From NCBI RefSeq assembly GCF_009914755.1, contig NC_060934.1: 64,000 nucleotides of DNA; one strand, written 5' to 3'. The notes below the pieces were generated by a model that was given only the letters and a program-made list of their open reading frames with translations, was not told the origin of the DNA and ran no database searches. This DNA is from the human T2T-CHM13v2.0 reference genome, Homo sapiens. Position 1 is the stretch's first letter; each line of letters starts with the position of its first letter. This document shows positions 41,080-64,000 of this stretch, piece by piece. The position numbers were made by a program, and so were the translations under genes.

Positions 41080-41520
41080 AAAGTAAAGCCTGAAAATGTG
41101 ACTGGATTGCTATGATCTCATGGCAAAACTTGAATGGATGAAGAGTTCATCCATGTTCATACAGCAGCCATCAACATGGATGAACTTTGTTCTTCTGGAT
41201 GAACAAATAAAGCGGTTTCTTGAGATGAAACCTACTCCCAGTGAAGATGCTGTGAACATTGCTGAAATGACCATAAAGGATTTACAATATTCCATAAACT
41301 TTGTTGATAAGGCAGCAGCAGGGTTTGGGAGAACTGACTCAAGTTTTGAAAAAATTTTGAAAGAAATTACCTGGGTAAAACACTATCAATCGGCGTCCTA
41401 TGTTACAGAGAAATCTTTTGTGAAAGAAAAAGTCTATTGATGCTGCAAACGTCATTGTTGTCTTTTTTTAAGAAATTGCCACAGCCACCCCAGTCTTCAG
41501 CAACCACTACCCCTGATTAG

Positions 41521-42189
<669 letters not shown>

Positions 42190-42520
42190 TGATCCATCCG
42201 CCTTGGCCTCCCAAAGTGCTGGGATTACAGGTGTGAGTCACCGCGCCCAGCCTGTTTTTTAGATATAATGTTACTGCACACTTCACAGACTACACTATAG
42301 TATAAACATAACTTTTATATGCACTGGGAAACCAAAAAATTCATATGACTTGCTATTTTGCGACATTAGCTTTATGGCAGTGGTCTGGAACCAAACCTGC
42401 CATGAGGCACACCTATACCTAAAATACCATCACTCTCCCTAGAAGTAACCTCAGAAAGCAGTTTAGTAAACATCTTTCCTGAAATTTTTCTATGTATTTA
42501 CATATAAATAATATTGTACA

Positions 42521-42760
42521 TTGTCTTAGTCTGTTCTGGCTGCTGTGACAATACACCTTATACTGGGTAATTCATAAACAACAAAAAATTATTGCTTATA
42601 GTTCTGGAGGCCGGGGAGTCCAAGATCAAGGCACCAGCAGATTCTGTGTCTAGTAAGGGCCTGTTCCGCATAGACACAGGCTTCTCATGGCTTCCTCACT
42701 TGGTGGGAGAGGTAAGGCAGCGCCCTTTGACCTCTTAAAGAGCACTAATCTCCTTCAATA
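42521..42760 (-). mobile_element. MLT1A-type MaLR LTR fragment
   Basis: tgtcttagtctgtt...tatagttctggaggccggggagtccaagatcaaggcaccagcagatt. Confidence 0.75.
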
Positions 42761-42822
42761 CCAACATTACAATTTACCCTTTCCACCAGTGTATCAGTGA
42801 ACTCCTGTTCCTGTATTAGATA

Positions 42823-43348
42823 CAAGTTAAGCAACCCTAATCCACAAATCTGAAATGCCCTAAAATCCAAAACTTTTTGAGTGCTGCCATGGTGTTACAA
42901 GCAGAAAATTTCATACCTGACACATTTTTTTCATTTTATTAATAGTATGTTTTTTTTTACCATTAAGTACATATGTGTGAATAGGCATAAGATGATTGCT
43001 AATTGGTAGCATATAAATTCAGAGTCAGCAACAATGGTTATGCCAAACAACCACAGAATGTCCACATAGGTGGATGCAATCTCATGATAACAAGGTGACA
43101 CCTATGCTTCTGATGGCTCAGTGTATATAAACTTTGTCTCATGCAAAAAAATTATTAAAAATATGGTATAAAATTACCTGCAGGCTATATGTATAAGGTG
43201 CATATGAAACATAAATGAATTTTGTGTTTAGACTTGGGTCCTATCCCCAAGACATCTCATTATGTATATCCAAATATTCAAAAATCAAAAAAAAAAAAAT
43301 CTAAATGTTTCTGGTCCCAAGCATTTCAAATAAAAGATAATCAACCTG
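42823..43348. mobile_element. Tigger4/MER46 element
   Basis: TIR-like caagttaagcaaccctaatcc ... ggtcccaagcatttc...tcaacctg. Confidence 0.75.
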
Positions 43349-43947
43349 TGTCATCAATCTTTTTCATTTATATGACAGATTTAAAAAATGCCATCTAAAT
43401 TAATTTGTATATTTGCTTTAGTAAGAGAATTTTATAATCTTTATTTTTCAAGAGTTTATCACTGTTGTTGTGAGAGCTACTGGAATATTAAGTTATATTT
43501 ATTTTACTTAATTCCAGTCTATTCCCAGCCCTGAGGCATCATCTTTTCTTCATTGTAAAAAGTGGGACATTGTTTTCAATGTAAAATAATATGTCTAGGT
43601 ATGATGTAATTAATACCCACTATTCCATCCAATGTTATTTTTTAGTGGAATGTTATTTTTATTAAACAACCCCACCCCACTCTACTCACCCAAAAAAGGT
43701 TAAAACATTCTCAACTTAAACCATTTCAATACTTTTCCAATTCAATCTCAGCTGTACCACTACTGACTGGAAAGATTTTCATCCAAGCTTTTGCTGATTT
43801 ATTTATTTATTTAATTAATTAATTTATTTATTTATTTTGAGACAGAGTCTCACATTGTCACCCAGGCTGGAGTGCAAAGGCACGATCTCGGCTCACCACA
43901 ACCTCCACCTCCTGGGTTCAAGTGATTCTCCTGCCTCAGCCTCCTGA

Positions 43948-44166
<219 letters not shown>

Positions 44167-44865
44167 TAAATTATCCATTCATTTCCCTATGGAAAACAAT
44201 GATTTAATCTAAACAGCAACAAGGTTCTCAAAAATATTCCAGAAGTTTCATCTTCACAAATTACTGGAAAACATAATTATTATTCTGCCACATTTACCTT
44301 TGAAAACAGAAAAAAAAAGACAACAGAAAATCTGAATGAATTATAATAGCAAACAAGATGCCAAACTCCACACTAAAAATTACAGTATGCCCAATTCAAC
44401 TGAGGAGTAGTGACATAATTACCTTAGTGCTCCACAACACAGATGGATGCACTTTTTCTTAATCTATTTTATTAAAACTGCAACCTAGAACAACTTATTA
44501 AATACACACTAGGCAATAGTGCAAACATAAACAAATGCATTTATTTCACTGATACGTGCAATGCTGCTTTTTTGCAAAGGGCGTATATTATCACAAAACA
44601 TTTGCCATCTATGATAACAATAGCTGCCATGAACCTAGGAGAAAAGTGAAAAAAGTTAGCATCTGTTATGCCTGTATTTAAGACTTAATGAGGCCAGGCA
44701 CAATGGCTCACACCTGTAATCCCAGCACTTTGAAAGACCAAGGCAGGCGATCACTTGAGGTCAGAAGTTTGAGACCAGTCTGGCCAACATGGTGAAACCC
44801 TGTCTCTACTGAAGTACAAAAATTAGCTGGGCATGGTGGTGCCTGCCGGTAATCCCAGCTACTCA

Positions 44866-45009
<144 letters not shown>

Positions 45010-45085
45010 TTACTGCTCAATTAAACTAGAGTAAATACAAAAAACTTAGCTTATCATTCTAGTTCTACTACCAGCCACCCATTGA

Positions 45086-45454
<369 letters not shown>

Positions 45455-46147
45455 TAGAGATGGGATTTCACCATGTTGGTCAGGCTGGTCTTGAACTACT
45501 GACGTCAGATGACCCGCCTGCCTCAGCCTCCCAAAGTGCTGAGATTACAGGTGTGAGCCACCATGCCCAGCCCTGAGTGGTTTTTAATGAGACAGTATCC
45601 TATATTAGTCTCATTCATTTAAGCAAATCATAATCTAAAATGTCCAATTGTCATTATTTCATTCAGATCATTATTTATTGAGCAAAGTATTTTGCGAGGA
45701 CACAGCAAGAGGCACAAAGATGAACAAGACATAGTCTTTGCCCACTAACACCTTATAATTTAGTAATGAAGATAAAACAACTATTCAAATAACCATAATG
45801 TGGCTGGGAGCAATGGCTCATGCCTGAAATCCCAGCATTTTGGGAGGCCAAGGTGGGTGAATTGCTTGAGCTCAAGCAATCTTGAACCTTGTCAGGTTCA
45901 AGACCAACCTGGAAAATATGGCAAAATTTTGTCTCTACAAAAAATTTAGTTTTTTAAAATTAAATTTAAAAAAATTACTTGGGCATGGTGGCACAAGCCT
46001 GTATTCTCCACTAGTCAGGAGTCTGAGGTGGGAAGATCACTTGTGCCCAGGAGGTCAAAGCTACAGTGAGCGAGCCATGATCATGCCACTGCACACCAGC
46101 CTAGATGATAGAGCAAGACCTTGTCTCAAAAAAAAAAAAAAAGAACC

Positions 46148-46456
46148 ACTGGGCATTGTGGCACGTGCCTGTAGTCCCAGCTACTCAGGAAGCTGAGGCA
46201 GGAGGATCATCTGAGCCCAGGAGTTCTGGGCTATAGTGTGCTACATGACCATCGAGTGTCCACAATAAGTTCAATATCAATATGGTAACACCAACAGGTT
46301 GCCTAAGGAGGGGTGAACCAGGCCAGGTTAGAAACAGAGCAGGCCAAAACTCCCATGCTGACCAGTAGTGGGACTGGGCCTGTGAACAGCACTGCAGTCC
46401 ATGCTGGGCAATGTAGCGAGACCCTGCCTGTTAACAAAAAAGAAAAAACAAAAATA
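46148..46456 (+). pseudogene. 7SL (SRP RNA) retro-pseudogene, near full length with A-rich tail
   Basis: Contains the S-domain sequence that Alu lacks (caggttgcctaaggaggggtgaacc...gagcaggccaaaactccc...agtagtggga) between Alu-domain ends, with a small internal deletion. Confidence 0.93.
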
Positions 46457-46622
46457 GCCATAATACAAGGCAGAAAAAAAAAAAAGCAAGGGCTACAAGA
46501 ACATATTAACAGGGATTCAATTACATTAGGTTGGGAAGTGGAAAGGGCTCAACATAGGCTTCAAGGAAGATTTACTTAGGGTAGGAAAGCGCTAACTATT
46601 CTTCACAAAATAGTTTGGCTGA

Positions 46623-47033
<411 letters not shown>

Positions 47034-47891
47034 TAAGATACTGCTCAAAACATAACACTATATTAGATTTTAATTATGCCAAATCATTTTTTAAACATCT
47101 CTATAGCTTTTTTAGATGAAATGAATATTTCAAGTTCTTCATTGAAGACACTAGAATGACTGCCAAAATACAGTAGAGATTAATGTTCATGTCCAGAAAA
47201 GATACATTTCATAGCTTAAAGTGACATTAGTGACACAATAAATGAGAAAAGCTCACACTTCAGCTAAGCCTGTTCTGAGAAGTGAGTATCTTCCAATAGC
47301 AGAGAAAGCTATTTTAAATGATCTGGATGAGAATGTAAAGTTAATTTAAGTTACACAAGTCTCTACAGTATAAAATGATAATTGTAGAAACAAGTATCAT
47401 CTCACAGAAATGTTAGATTTGAGACAGAAGCTTTGCACATGTTCTGTTAAGGAAAGATGCTATCAAAAAGCAGGTCAACATTCCACAGTACTTCACCTTC
47501 TGATACTCTCTGAAACAGTCCTTTATCCACCAAGAACCTCCATGGTTCACCTTCTTAAAACACCATACAGCCTTTTTACTGCAACAATAAAACCTGAAAC
47601 TTAACGTCTGGTGAAGGAAGAAGTAGTAAAGGGTGAAAATCTGCCCTTCCAAATAACTGCACAGAAAAACAAAATATGGAAAAGAAAAAGAAAAAATAAC
47701 CAAAGATACACTTATTTAAAGCAAAAACCAACCATTCAGGTAATTACAGAAACAATGATGTCTAAAACCTCTATAATGTATTAATGTGTTCAGATCATAA
47801 ATAAGGTTTCAATATGTAAAATTTCCATAAAATATCATCTCCAATTTGATTTTCAAGTCTCGGAAATTAAGTAGCTATAGAGCTTTAATAG

Positions 47892-48253
<362 letters not shown>

Positions 48254-49098
48254 TAAGGAAAGTTTAAACACTGCTCCAAAGGAAATTACAGCCAAGAAAG
48301 TATTGACTTGCACAAGGAAAAGGTCAGGGTGGGTAGAAGCAAAAGGACAGAGGAATAGTCTGGAAGAAAGCATTTGTGGAAAACCATTTTTTACTCTCCA
48401 CCTCTCTCAAACATCTTTGGTTTTAGGTTTTTTTTTTTGTTTTTTTTTTTGAGACAGAGTTTCCCTCTGTCCCCCAGGCTGGCGTGCAGTGGTGCAATCT
48501 TCACTCACTGCAACCTCCACCTCCCGGTTCAAGCGATTCTCACCCCTCAGCCTCCCGAGCAGCTGGGATTACAGGTGCCCACCACCATGCCCAGCTAATT
48601 TTTGTATTTTTAGTAAGTTCATTTTTTATCTAAAGCTAAGATACATTTCAACTTCAAACCCTGTTTTAGAGTTCAAACATTTTATCCTCACTTTGTATAC
48701 CTTGTAGCAACATCAGCAGTGACAGAATCTTAGTATATAACATAAAATTTCATTTTAGGCCAGGCGCGGTGGCTCACGCCTGTAATCCCAGCACTTTGGG
48801 AGGCCGAGGCAGGCAGATCACCTGAGGTCAGGAGCTCGACACCAGCCTAGCCAACATGGTGAAACCCTGTCTCTACTAAAAATACAAAAATTAGCCAGGC
48901 ATGGTGGCGTGTGCCTGTAATCCCAGCTACTTGGGAGACTGAGGCAGGAGAATCACTTGAACCAGTGCACTCCAGCCTGGGCGACAGAGCAAGACTCTTT
49001 CTCAAAAAAAAAAAAAAAATTCATTTTAAATGTTTCTGTTTAAACAATTCTTACTATAGGGTTAATCCAATAAGGTGCTGTTAACCAGTTAACCAATA

Positions 49099-49346
49099 TA
49101 GTAATCCCTCAGTATCTGCAAGGGATAGGTTCCAGGACCCTCATAGACACCAAAATCCCAGATGCTCAAGTATCTTATGTAAAATGGTATAATATTTGCA
49201 TTCAAACTATGCACATCCTGTCATATACTCTAAACCATCCCTAGATAACTTATAATACTTAATACAATGTAAATACTACGTAAATAGTTATTATACATTG
49301 TATTTTTAATTTGTATAACTTTTCATTGTATTGTTTTTATTTTTTC

Positions 49347-49377
<31 letters not shown>

Positions 49378-50036
49378 TTTGAGACAGGGTATCGCTCTGT
49401 TGCCTGGGCTGGAGTGCAATGGCATGGTCATAGCTCACTGCAGCCTCTCTCTTCCAGGCTCAAGCAGTTCTCCTGACTGAGCCTCCAAGTAGCTTGGACT
49501 ACAGGTGCACACCACCACACCCAGCTAATTTTTATTTTTAGTAGAGATGAGGTCTTGCTATGTTGCTTAAGCTAGTCTCGAACTCCTGAGCTCAAGCCAC
49601 ACTCCCACCTTAGCCTCCCAAAGTTCTGGAATTACGGTTGTGAGCCACCATGCCCAGCATCAAATATTTTTAATCCATGGTTGGTTGAATCCATGAATAA
49701 AGAACCCATGGATAAAGGCCAGGCACTGTGGCTCACACCTGTAATTCCAGCACTTTGGGAGGCCAAGGCGGGTGGATCACCTCAGGTCAGGAGTTCAAGA
49801 CCACCCTGACCAACATGGTGAAACCCCATCTCTACTAAAAATACAAAAATTTAGCCGGGCATGGTGGTGCATGCCTGTAATCCCAGCTACTCGGGAGGCT
49901 GAGGCAGGAGAATCACTTGAACTCAGGAGATGGAGGTTGCAGGGAGCCAAGATCGTGCCACTGTACTCCGGCCTGGGCAACAGAGCGAGACTCCATCTCA
50001 AAAAAAAAAAAACCCATAGATATGAATAGCTGACTG
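49099..50036. mobile_element. MER2 (Tigger family) interrupted by two Alus
   Basis: gtaatccctcagtatctgcaagggataggttccaggaccc ... tggttggttgaatcc ... gctgactgta. Confidence 0.75.
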
Positions 50037-50957
50037 TATTTGATTATTCACTTGGGATTTCCTAGACCTAAAGGCTCCTGGAATACTAATTTAAATCTTA
50101 ATCATCAAACCAAAATATGAAATCAGTTTGTTTGGTTGAGGTTTTTCTACGAAATTTGTGTGTTTTAAAGACAACAGGTGTAGTTGAAGACTATGGCACA
50201 TGCCTATATCTCTCTCTTCCATTATTTTCTCCAAAAACAATGCAAAAACCATAAGGGGAAAATAACACTGTGTGAAAACCGCATCCCTAGCATGTTTTGA
50301 AGACAGGATGCCTAAACTTCAAAATAATACTAAGCAGAAAGAGAAAAAGCACCAAATCTCAGGGCATGACCTCTCATGCTCCTCCCCTACACCTTTCACC
50401 TAAAGGCTCTTTGAGCAAAGGCAGTGAGCAAAGGCAGACTGAGAAAAATGTCATGAAGAATAAAGAAGAGAACTAGCAATAGAGCCTAAGGTTAATAGAA
50501 AAGTATCACAAGTAAAAGTAAGTCTACATTAACTCTGAAAATACTCTTTATCAAAAGTGTCTATAATCCCAGTGCCTTGGGAGACTGAGGTAAGAGGATT
50601 GCTTGAGTCCAGGAGTATAAGACTAGCCAATACAGCAAGACCCCACATCTACAAAAAATAAAAAATTAGCCAAGCATGGTGGTGTGTGCCTGTAGTCCTA
50701 GCTACTCAGGAGGCTAAGGTGAGAGGATTTCTTGAGCCCAGGAGTTTGAGGTTATAGTGAGGAATCATGCCACTACACCCCAGCCTGGACAACAAGAGTG
50801 GCAGCATGTCTCAAAAAAAAAAAAAAAAAAAAAATAGGCCAGGCGCAGTGGCTCACACCTGTAATCACAGCACTTTGGAAGGCCAAAGCACACAGATCAC
50901 TTGAAGCCAGGAGTTCAAGATCAGCCTGAGCAACATGGTGAAACCCTGTCTCTACTA

Positions 50958-51125
<168 letters not shown>

Positions 51126-51328
51126 CTATCATAAATAAATAAATAAATAAAACAAATAAATAAATAAATAAAATTTTAATTTAATAAAATACTATTTAAG
51201 CAAGGTCTCTAAGCCACTTCTTTGAGAGAAAAACACTTTTAAACTGAGGCTTCTCCTGTGTGATGGGTAGAGCGTGGGTCAATAAACTTCTGTCTTTTTC
51301 TTGTTAATCGGATTTTTGTTTTGGAGAG

Positions 51329-51712
51329 TGACATGGTTTGGATTTATGTCCCCACCTAAATCTCATGTTTAATTGTAATTGCCAGTGTTGGAGGAGTTGC
51401 CTCATGGGAGGTGACTGGATCACGGGGGGCAGATTTTCCCCTCGCTGTTCTGTGACAGTGAGTGAGTTCTCATGAGATCTGGCTGTTTAAAAGTGTGTAG
51501 TACTTCCCCCTCTTCTCTCTCTCCTGCTCTGGCCATGTGAAGACGAGCCTGCTTCCCCTTTACCTTCTGCCATAATTGAAAGTTTCCTGAGAACTCCCCA
51601 GCCATGCTACCTGTACAGCCTGCAGAACCGTGAGTCAATTAAACCTCTTTTCTTCATAAATTACCCAGTCTGAGGTTTTTTTTTTTTATAGCAGTGCAAG
51701 AATGGACTAATA
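51329..51712 (+). mobile_element. MSTA/MSTB MaLR solo LTR inside an older ERV1 LTR remnant
   Basis: TGACATGGTTTGGATTTATGTCCCCACC...gagtcaattaaacctcttttc...gaatggactaata. Confidence 0.85.
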
Positions 51713-52011
51713 GAGTGTCTCAACTAAGAATCTATGAGGGAAAGGAAAAAAAACAACTTACATTTTCTGCCCAATTACACATACTTTAGCTCTAAAGCCA
51801 GTACCTTCTTGAATGAAGAAATACCAAAGGCATTTCCACTAAGAATAGGAACAATGCAAGTATGGTCACTATTTCCACCACTGTTCAACATAGTATAATA
51901 GGAATTGGTTAGTGTAGTTAGACAACAAAACTCAGTTAGACATAAAAATTGGTAAAGAGGAAGTAAAACTATTTCTATTCGAAAATGATACGATAGTAAA
52001 CCTGGAAAACA

Positions 52012-52225
52012 CAGTTTCCCAAACCATGGCACTATTGGCATTTTGACGAGATAATGCTTGGCTGTGGGGGGCTGTCCTATGCATCGTAGGATGTTTAGCA
52101 CCACCTCTGGCTTTCACATGCTAGATGCCGGCAGCACCATCTCCACCCAGTTATGACAACCAAAAATGTCTTTAGACATTAACAAGCTCCCCTTGGGGGA
52201 AAAATCAGTCCAGGTTGAGCCAATG
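52012..52225. mobile_element. MER20 hAT MITE
   Basis: ggcactattggcattttg...gggggctgtcctatgcatcgtaggatgtttagca...gacaaccaaaaatgtct. Confidence 0.85.
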
Positions 52226-53290
52226 CCTTGAAGAATTCATTGTAAAACTAACTCAAACAACAAAAAATCCCACTAAGGTGGCAAGTAATGAAATTAACAT
52301 AGAGAAATCAATAGCCTTCATGTATAAAAACAATAACCTGTTACAGGACATAATGGGCTGGGCACGGTGACTCACGCCTGTAATCCCAGCACTTTGGGAG
52401 GCCGAGGTGGGTGGATCACCTGAGGTCAGGAGTTTGAGACCACCCTGGCCAACATGGTAAAACCCCGTCTCTACTAAAAATACAAAAAATTAGCTGGGCG
52501 TGGTGGCAGGCGCCTGTAATCCCAGCTACTCAGGAGGCCAAGGCAGGAGAATTGCTTGAACCCAGGAGGCGGAGGTTGCAGTGGGCCGAGATTGCGTCAC
52601 TGCACTCCAGCCTGGGCGACTGACTGAAACTCCGTCTCAGGGAAAAAAAAAAAAGGACATAATGGTAGTGGAAATCTCAGTTACAACAGCAACACATTAG
52701 ACCAAATAGGAATAAACAATTCTAACTGAGGAAATGCTTCTTCTGAAGACTCAAATGGAGGGTACATTTTACTTAGACAAGGTAACTCAACATCATAAAC
52801 CCTTTTTGCTAAGCAAATGTATAGATTTAATGTAGTCTCAGTAAAAATACCAATATGCTTTATTTGTTATGGAGTTAAACAAGTGCATACGAAAAACAAA
52901 CATGGAAAAATAGCCAGAAAAATACTGAAGGAAAAAAAAACCCTTAGAGAATGGGGGTGGGGAATAGCCCTATAAGACATTAAAAACATATAATAAAGCC
53001 CTTCTAATTAAGAGTAGGGAACTATGGTATTAATGAATACAAAAATAGGTCAATGGAACTGAATAGAAAGACCAGAAATAGACTGAAATACATAAAGAAA
53101 TTTGATAAATGATAAAACCATAGGAGCAAAGATAGATTTTTTAATAACTAATATTTTTAAACGATCATTAGACTAAAAGCTAGTGCTTTTGTAATTTTGG
53201 TTTATTAACGCCATATTTTGTTTCCTACACAATTTAAAAGACTAATGCATTCCAAAAAATTATTAGTTTATCACACTGTATTTGGGTTTC

Positions 53291-53379
53291 AGGCTGCAAT
53301 ACACTAAAACGCCTGTGAACAGCCCCTCATTCAAGCCTGTGCAACATAGTGAGATACTGTCAGAAAGAAAAAAAAAAAT
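53291..53379 (+). mobile_element. FAM/7SL-derived 3' fragment with A tail
   Basis: cgcctgtgaacagccc...gcaacatagtgagat...(A)n. Confidence 0.55.
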
Positions 53380-53389
53380 CTACCAGCAT

Positions 53390-57963
<4,574 letters not shown>

Positions 57964-57965
57964 AT

Positions 57966-60329
<2,364 letters not shown>

Positions 60330-60817
60330 TCATCAATTTTAATAAATGTATCACACTAATGCAAGATAAAAATAGGGGAAATTGGGGGGCGAGATGAAGG
60401 CATATGTGGGAACTCTGTACTTTTTGCTCAGTTTTTTCTGTAAACCTAGAACTGCTCCCCCAAAAGTCTATTAATTTAAAAAAATTTTATTTCACACTAT
60501 ATGGCATTTTCCGTTTATAAACATCATTTATCCAGATTCTATCACAATGAATATACATATTTCATATTCCTTGAGGAATACTCAATTACACCCACAATTG
60601 CTCACACTATTCTCCAAAACAGTACGAAATAGGTAAAAATTCCCATAATCCTTCCTACTTGAAATCTTTCATCTGTTTCAGTATATGTCATCCCTATGTA
60701 GCTATGGTGGAGAGTCAACCGCAAAGAATGGCTACTGACATCTTGTAGCCTTTCTCAACAGGAGTTCCATGAGAGACTTAAGACATTCTTGGGCTTATGC
60801 ATCTAGAACGGTACTAC

Positions 60818-61345
60818 AGGCTGAGTATCCCTCATCTGAAATGCTTGAGATCATAAGTGTTTTGGACTTTTAGGGTTTTTTTGCATTTTGGAATATATGT
60901 AAATACATAATGAGATATCTTAGGAATAGAACATGAAATGTGTATCATTAAATTTATTGTGTTAATCATTTTTAAGTGTATGGTTCAGAAGTGTACAGTC
61001 ATAAAATTTCACGTCTAAACATGAAATTCATTTATGCTTCATATATACCTTATACATATAGCCTGAAGGTTATTTTATACAACATTTTTTGTAATTTTTG
61101 CATGAAACAAAGTTTGCGTACATTGTGCACAAAAGATATATTGCAGCTGAAGGAGGCTGGATTGGTCTCCTTTCCCTTGGGGCCACTGAATAAACTGTGT
61201 GTTGTGCGCCTGTGTTATGACTGCAGCCAGTCACATGAGGTTAGGTGTGGCATTTTCCACTTGTAGCATCATGTCAGTGGTCAAAAAGTTTCAGATTTGG
61301 GAGCATTTCAGATTTCAAGTTTTTGGATTAAGGATGCTCAATCTG
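60818..61345. mobile_element. Tigger4 (Zombi/MER46) element with TIRs
   Basis: TA-caggctgagtatccctcatctgaaatgcttg ... ggattaaggatgctcaatctg-TA. Confidence 0.82.
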
Positions 61346-61584
61346 TAGTTATGTACCAATCTGAGGAGAAATGTGAAAATAACCACTGAAATCATTCTCT
61401 GCATTCTGTGGTTCAGACATGAAACCCCAGTTGAGAATTAGTATTAGAGATATGAAAAACTAACCAGAACTAAAAGCATTAAAAGTAGCTAATGCTATTA
61501 GTCATCACATCCCTATTCTGTGTAGAGAATAGAGGAATTAACAAAACAAAAATAATATATCTATCACTGAGGTAAGAGAGGTAG

Positions 61585-61746
<162 letters not shown>

Positions 61747-62699
61747 TGAGACTACAGGCGCCCGCCACCACGTCTGGCTGATTTTTGTATTTTTAGTAGA
61801 AACAGGGTTTCACCATGTTGGCCAGGCTGGTCTTGAACTCCTGACCTCAAGTGATCCACCCGCCTCAGCCTTCCAAAGTGCTAGGATTACAGGTGTCAGC
61901 CACCGTGCCGGGCCTCAAAATATATTCTTAAGCTGTCTCTGCTAACCCCTACAGATTAGCTCAATCAAATATACCCATAAAAAGAGAATAACCATTAATG
62001 TTTTCCTGAGATGCATATAATCACTTACAAGAGGAAATCCTGACAATGGTTATGTGAAAAGGTCCGGATTATTTTTACTAGATCCTAAATGAAGAATAAC
62101 CCCAAAAAATGAAATATTAAAATAATACTACCTTAAAATTTATTCCTAAATATTAGGGTCTGGAAAAAACTATTTCAGAGCATTCTACCAGCCCCATGAA
62201 ATGTAACCCTAATCCCTCCTTTTCTTTTCTCCTTACTCCTTTTCTTCCCTTTTTCTTTTTTTTCCCATTCATATCTTAAACCTGCAAAGTCATTCCAAGG
62301 CACTTTCAGCCTCACTGATATTTCTCAAGACTAAAGAGAGCTATTAATACACCCTAAAATGTGAGTTTCCCGTTCCATCGTCCATGGTCAGATTTCTAAG
62401 TCAGGACACAAAGGAAACACCAAATGCCTTATGTTTATCCTCATCTTTATCCCCAGGCAGAGCTTCTGTCTGGCAAGCCAATGTAGGTGGTAATCTAAAT
62501 GCCTCGGTTCATCTTTCCCTGGCTTGCAGCTCTCACCCTGGCCTTTGTGTTAACACAAAGCATTCCTAAACACCAAAAGAGAGAAGAGAACAATAATGTG
62601 TATAACAATGAAGTACAATGGACTTACAAGTCTTAAATTCAAATTATTAAATGCAGAATTTAAAAAGTATTAAATGCAAACATTTAAATATTAATATTT

Positions 62700-63722
<1,023 letters not shown>

Positions 63723-63785
63723 GGCCAGGCACAGTGCCTCACACCTGTAATCCCAGCACTTTGGGAGGCCGAGGTGAGTGGATCA

Positions 63786-63998
<213 letters not shown>

Positions 63999-64000
63999 CG

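Noticed and set aside
41120-41440. 106-aa ORF
   Set aside because: Degenerate Tigger1 sequence containing a local insertion.

Overview
Human/primate genomic DNA from inside MICU1 (mitochondrial calcium uptake 1, CBARA1), which runs on the minus strand. Three coding exons are present with canonical GT-AG sites. They are the ATG exon (29964-30125), the next exon (26225-26393) and the third (14505-14667), together encoding residues 1-164. The upstream non-coding exon and the EF-hand exons lie outside the window. The rest is intron packed with interspersed repeats: dozens of Alus, L1 fragments that are mostly antisense to the gene, a cluster of ERV/MaLR LTRs at 4-11.6 kb, and Tigger/MER DNA transposons. 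Several retrocopies are embedded: a COX7C processed pseudogene with ancestral-mammal residues, a very diverged FKBP1A-like (FKBP12) processed pseudogene, a full-length 7SL copy, a tailless 5S rRNA fragment and a spliced tRNA-Arg(UCU) retrocopy. Nearly all ORF-track entries are Alu/L1 artefacts. I see no evidence for a wholly new multi-gene system. The best leads are the FKBP12 fossil, several locally templated insertions, and a possible translatable MICU1 circRNA or alternative ORF. Family and gene assignments come from recalled consensus sequences, not from database searches.
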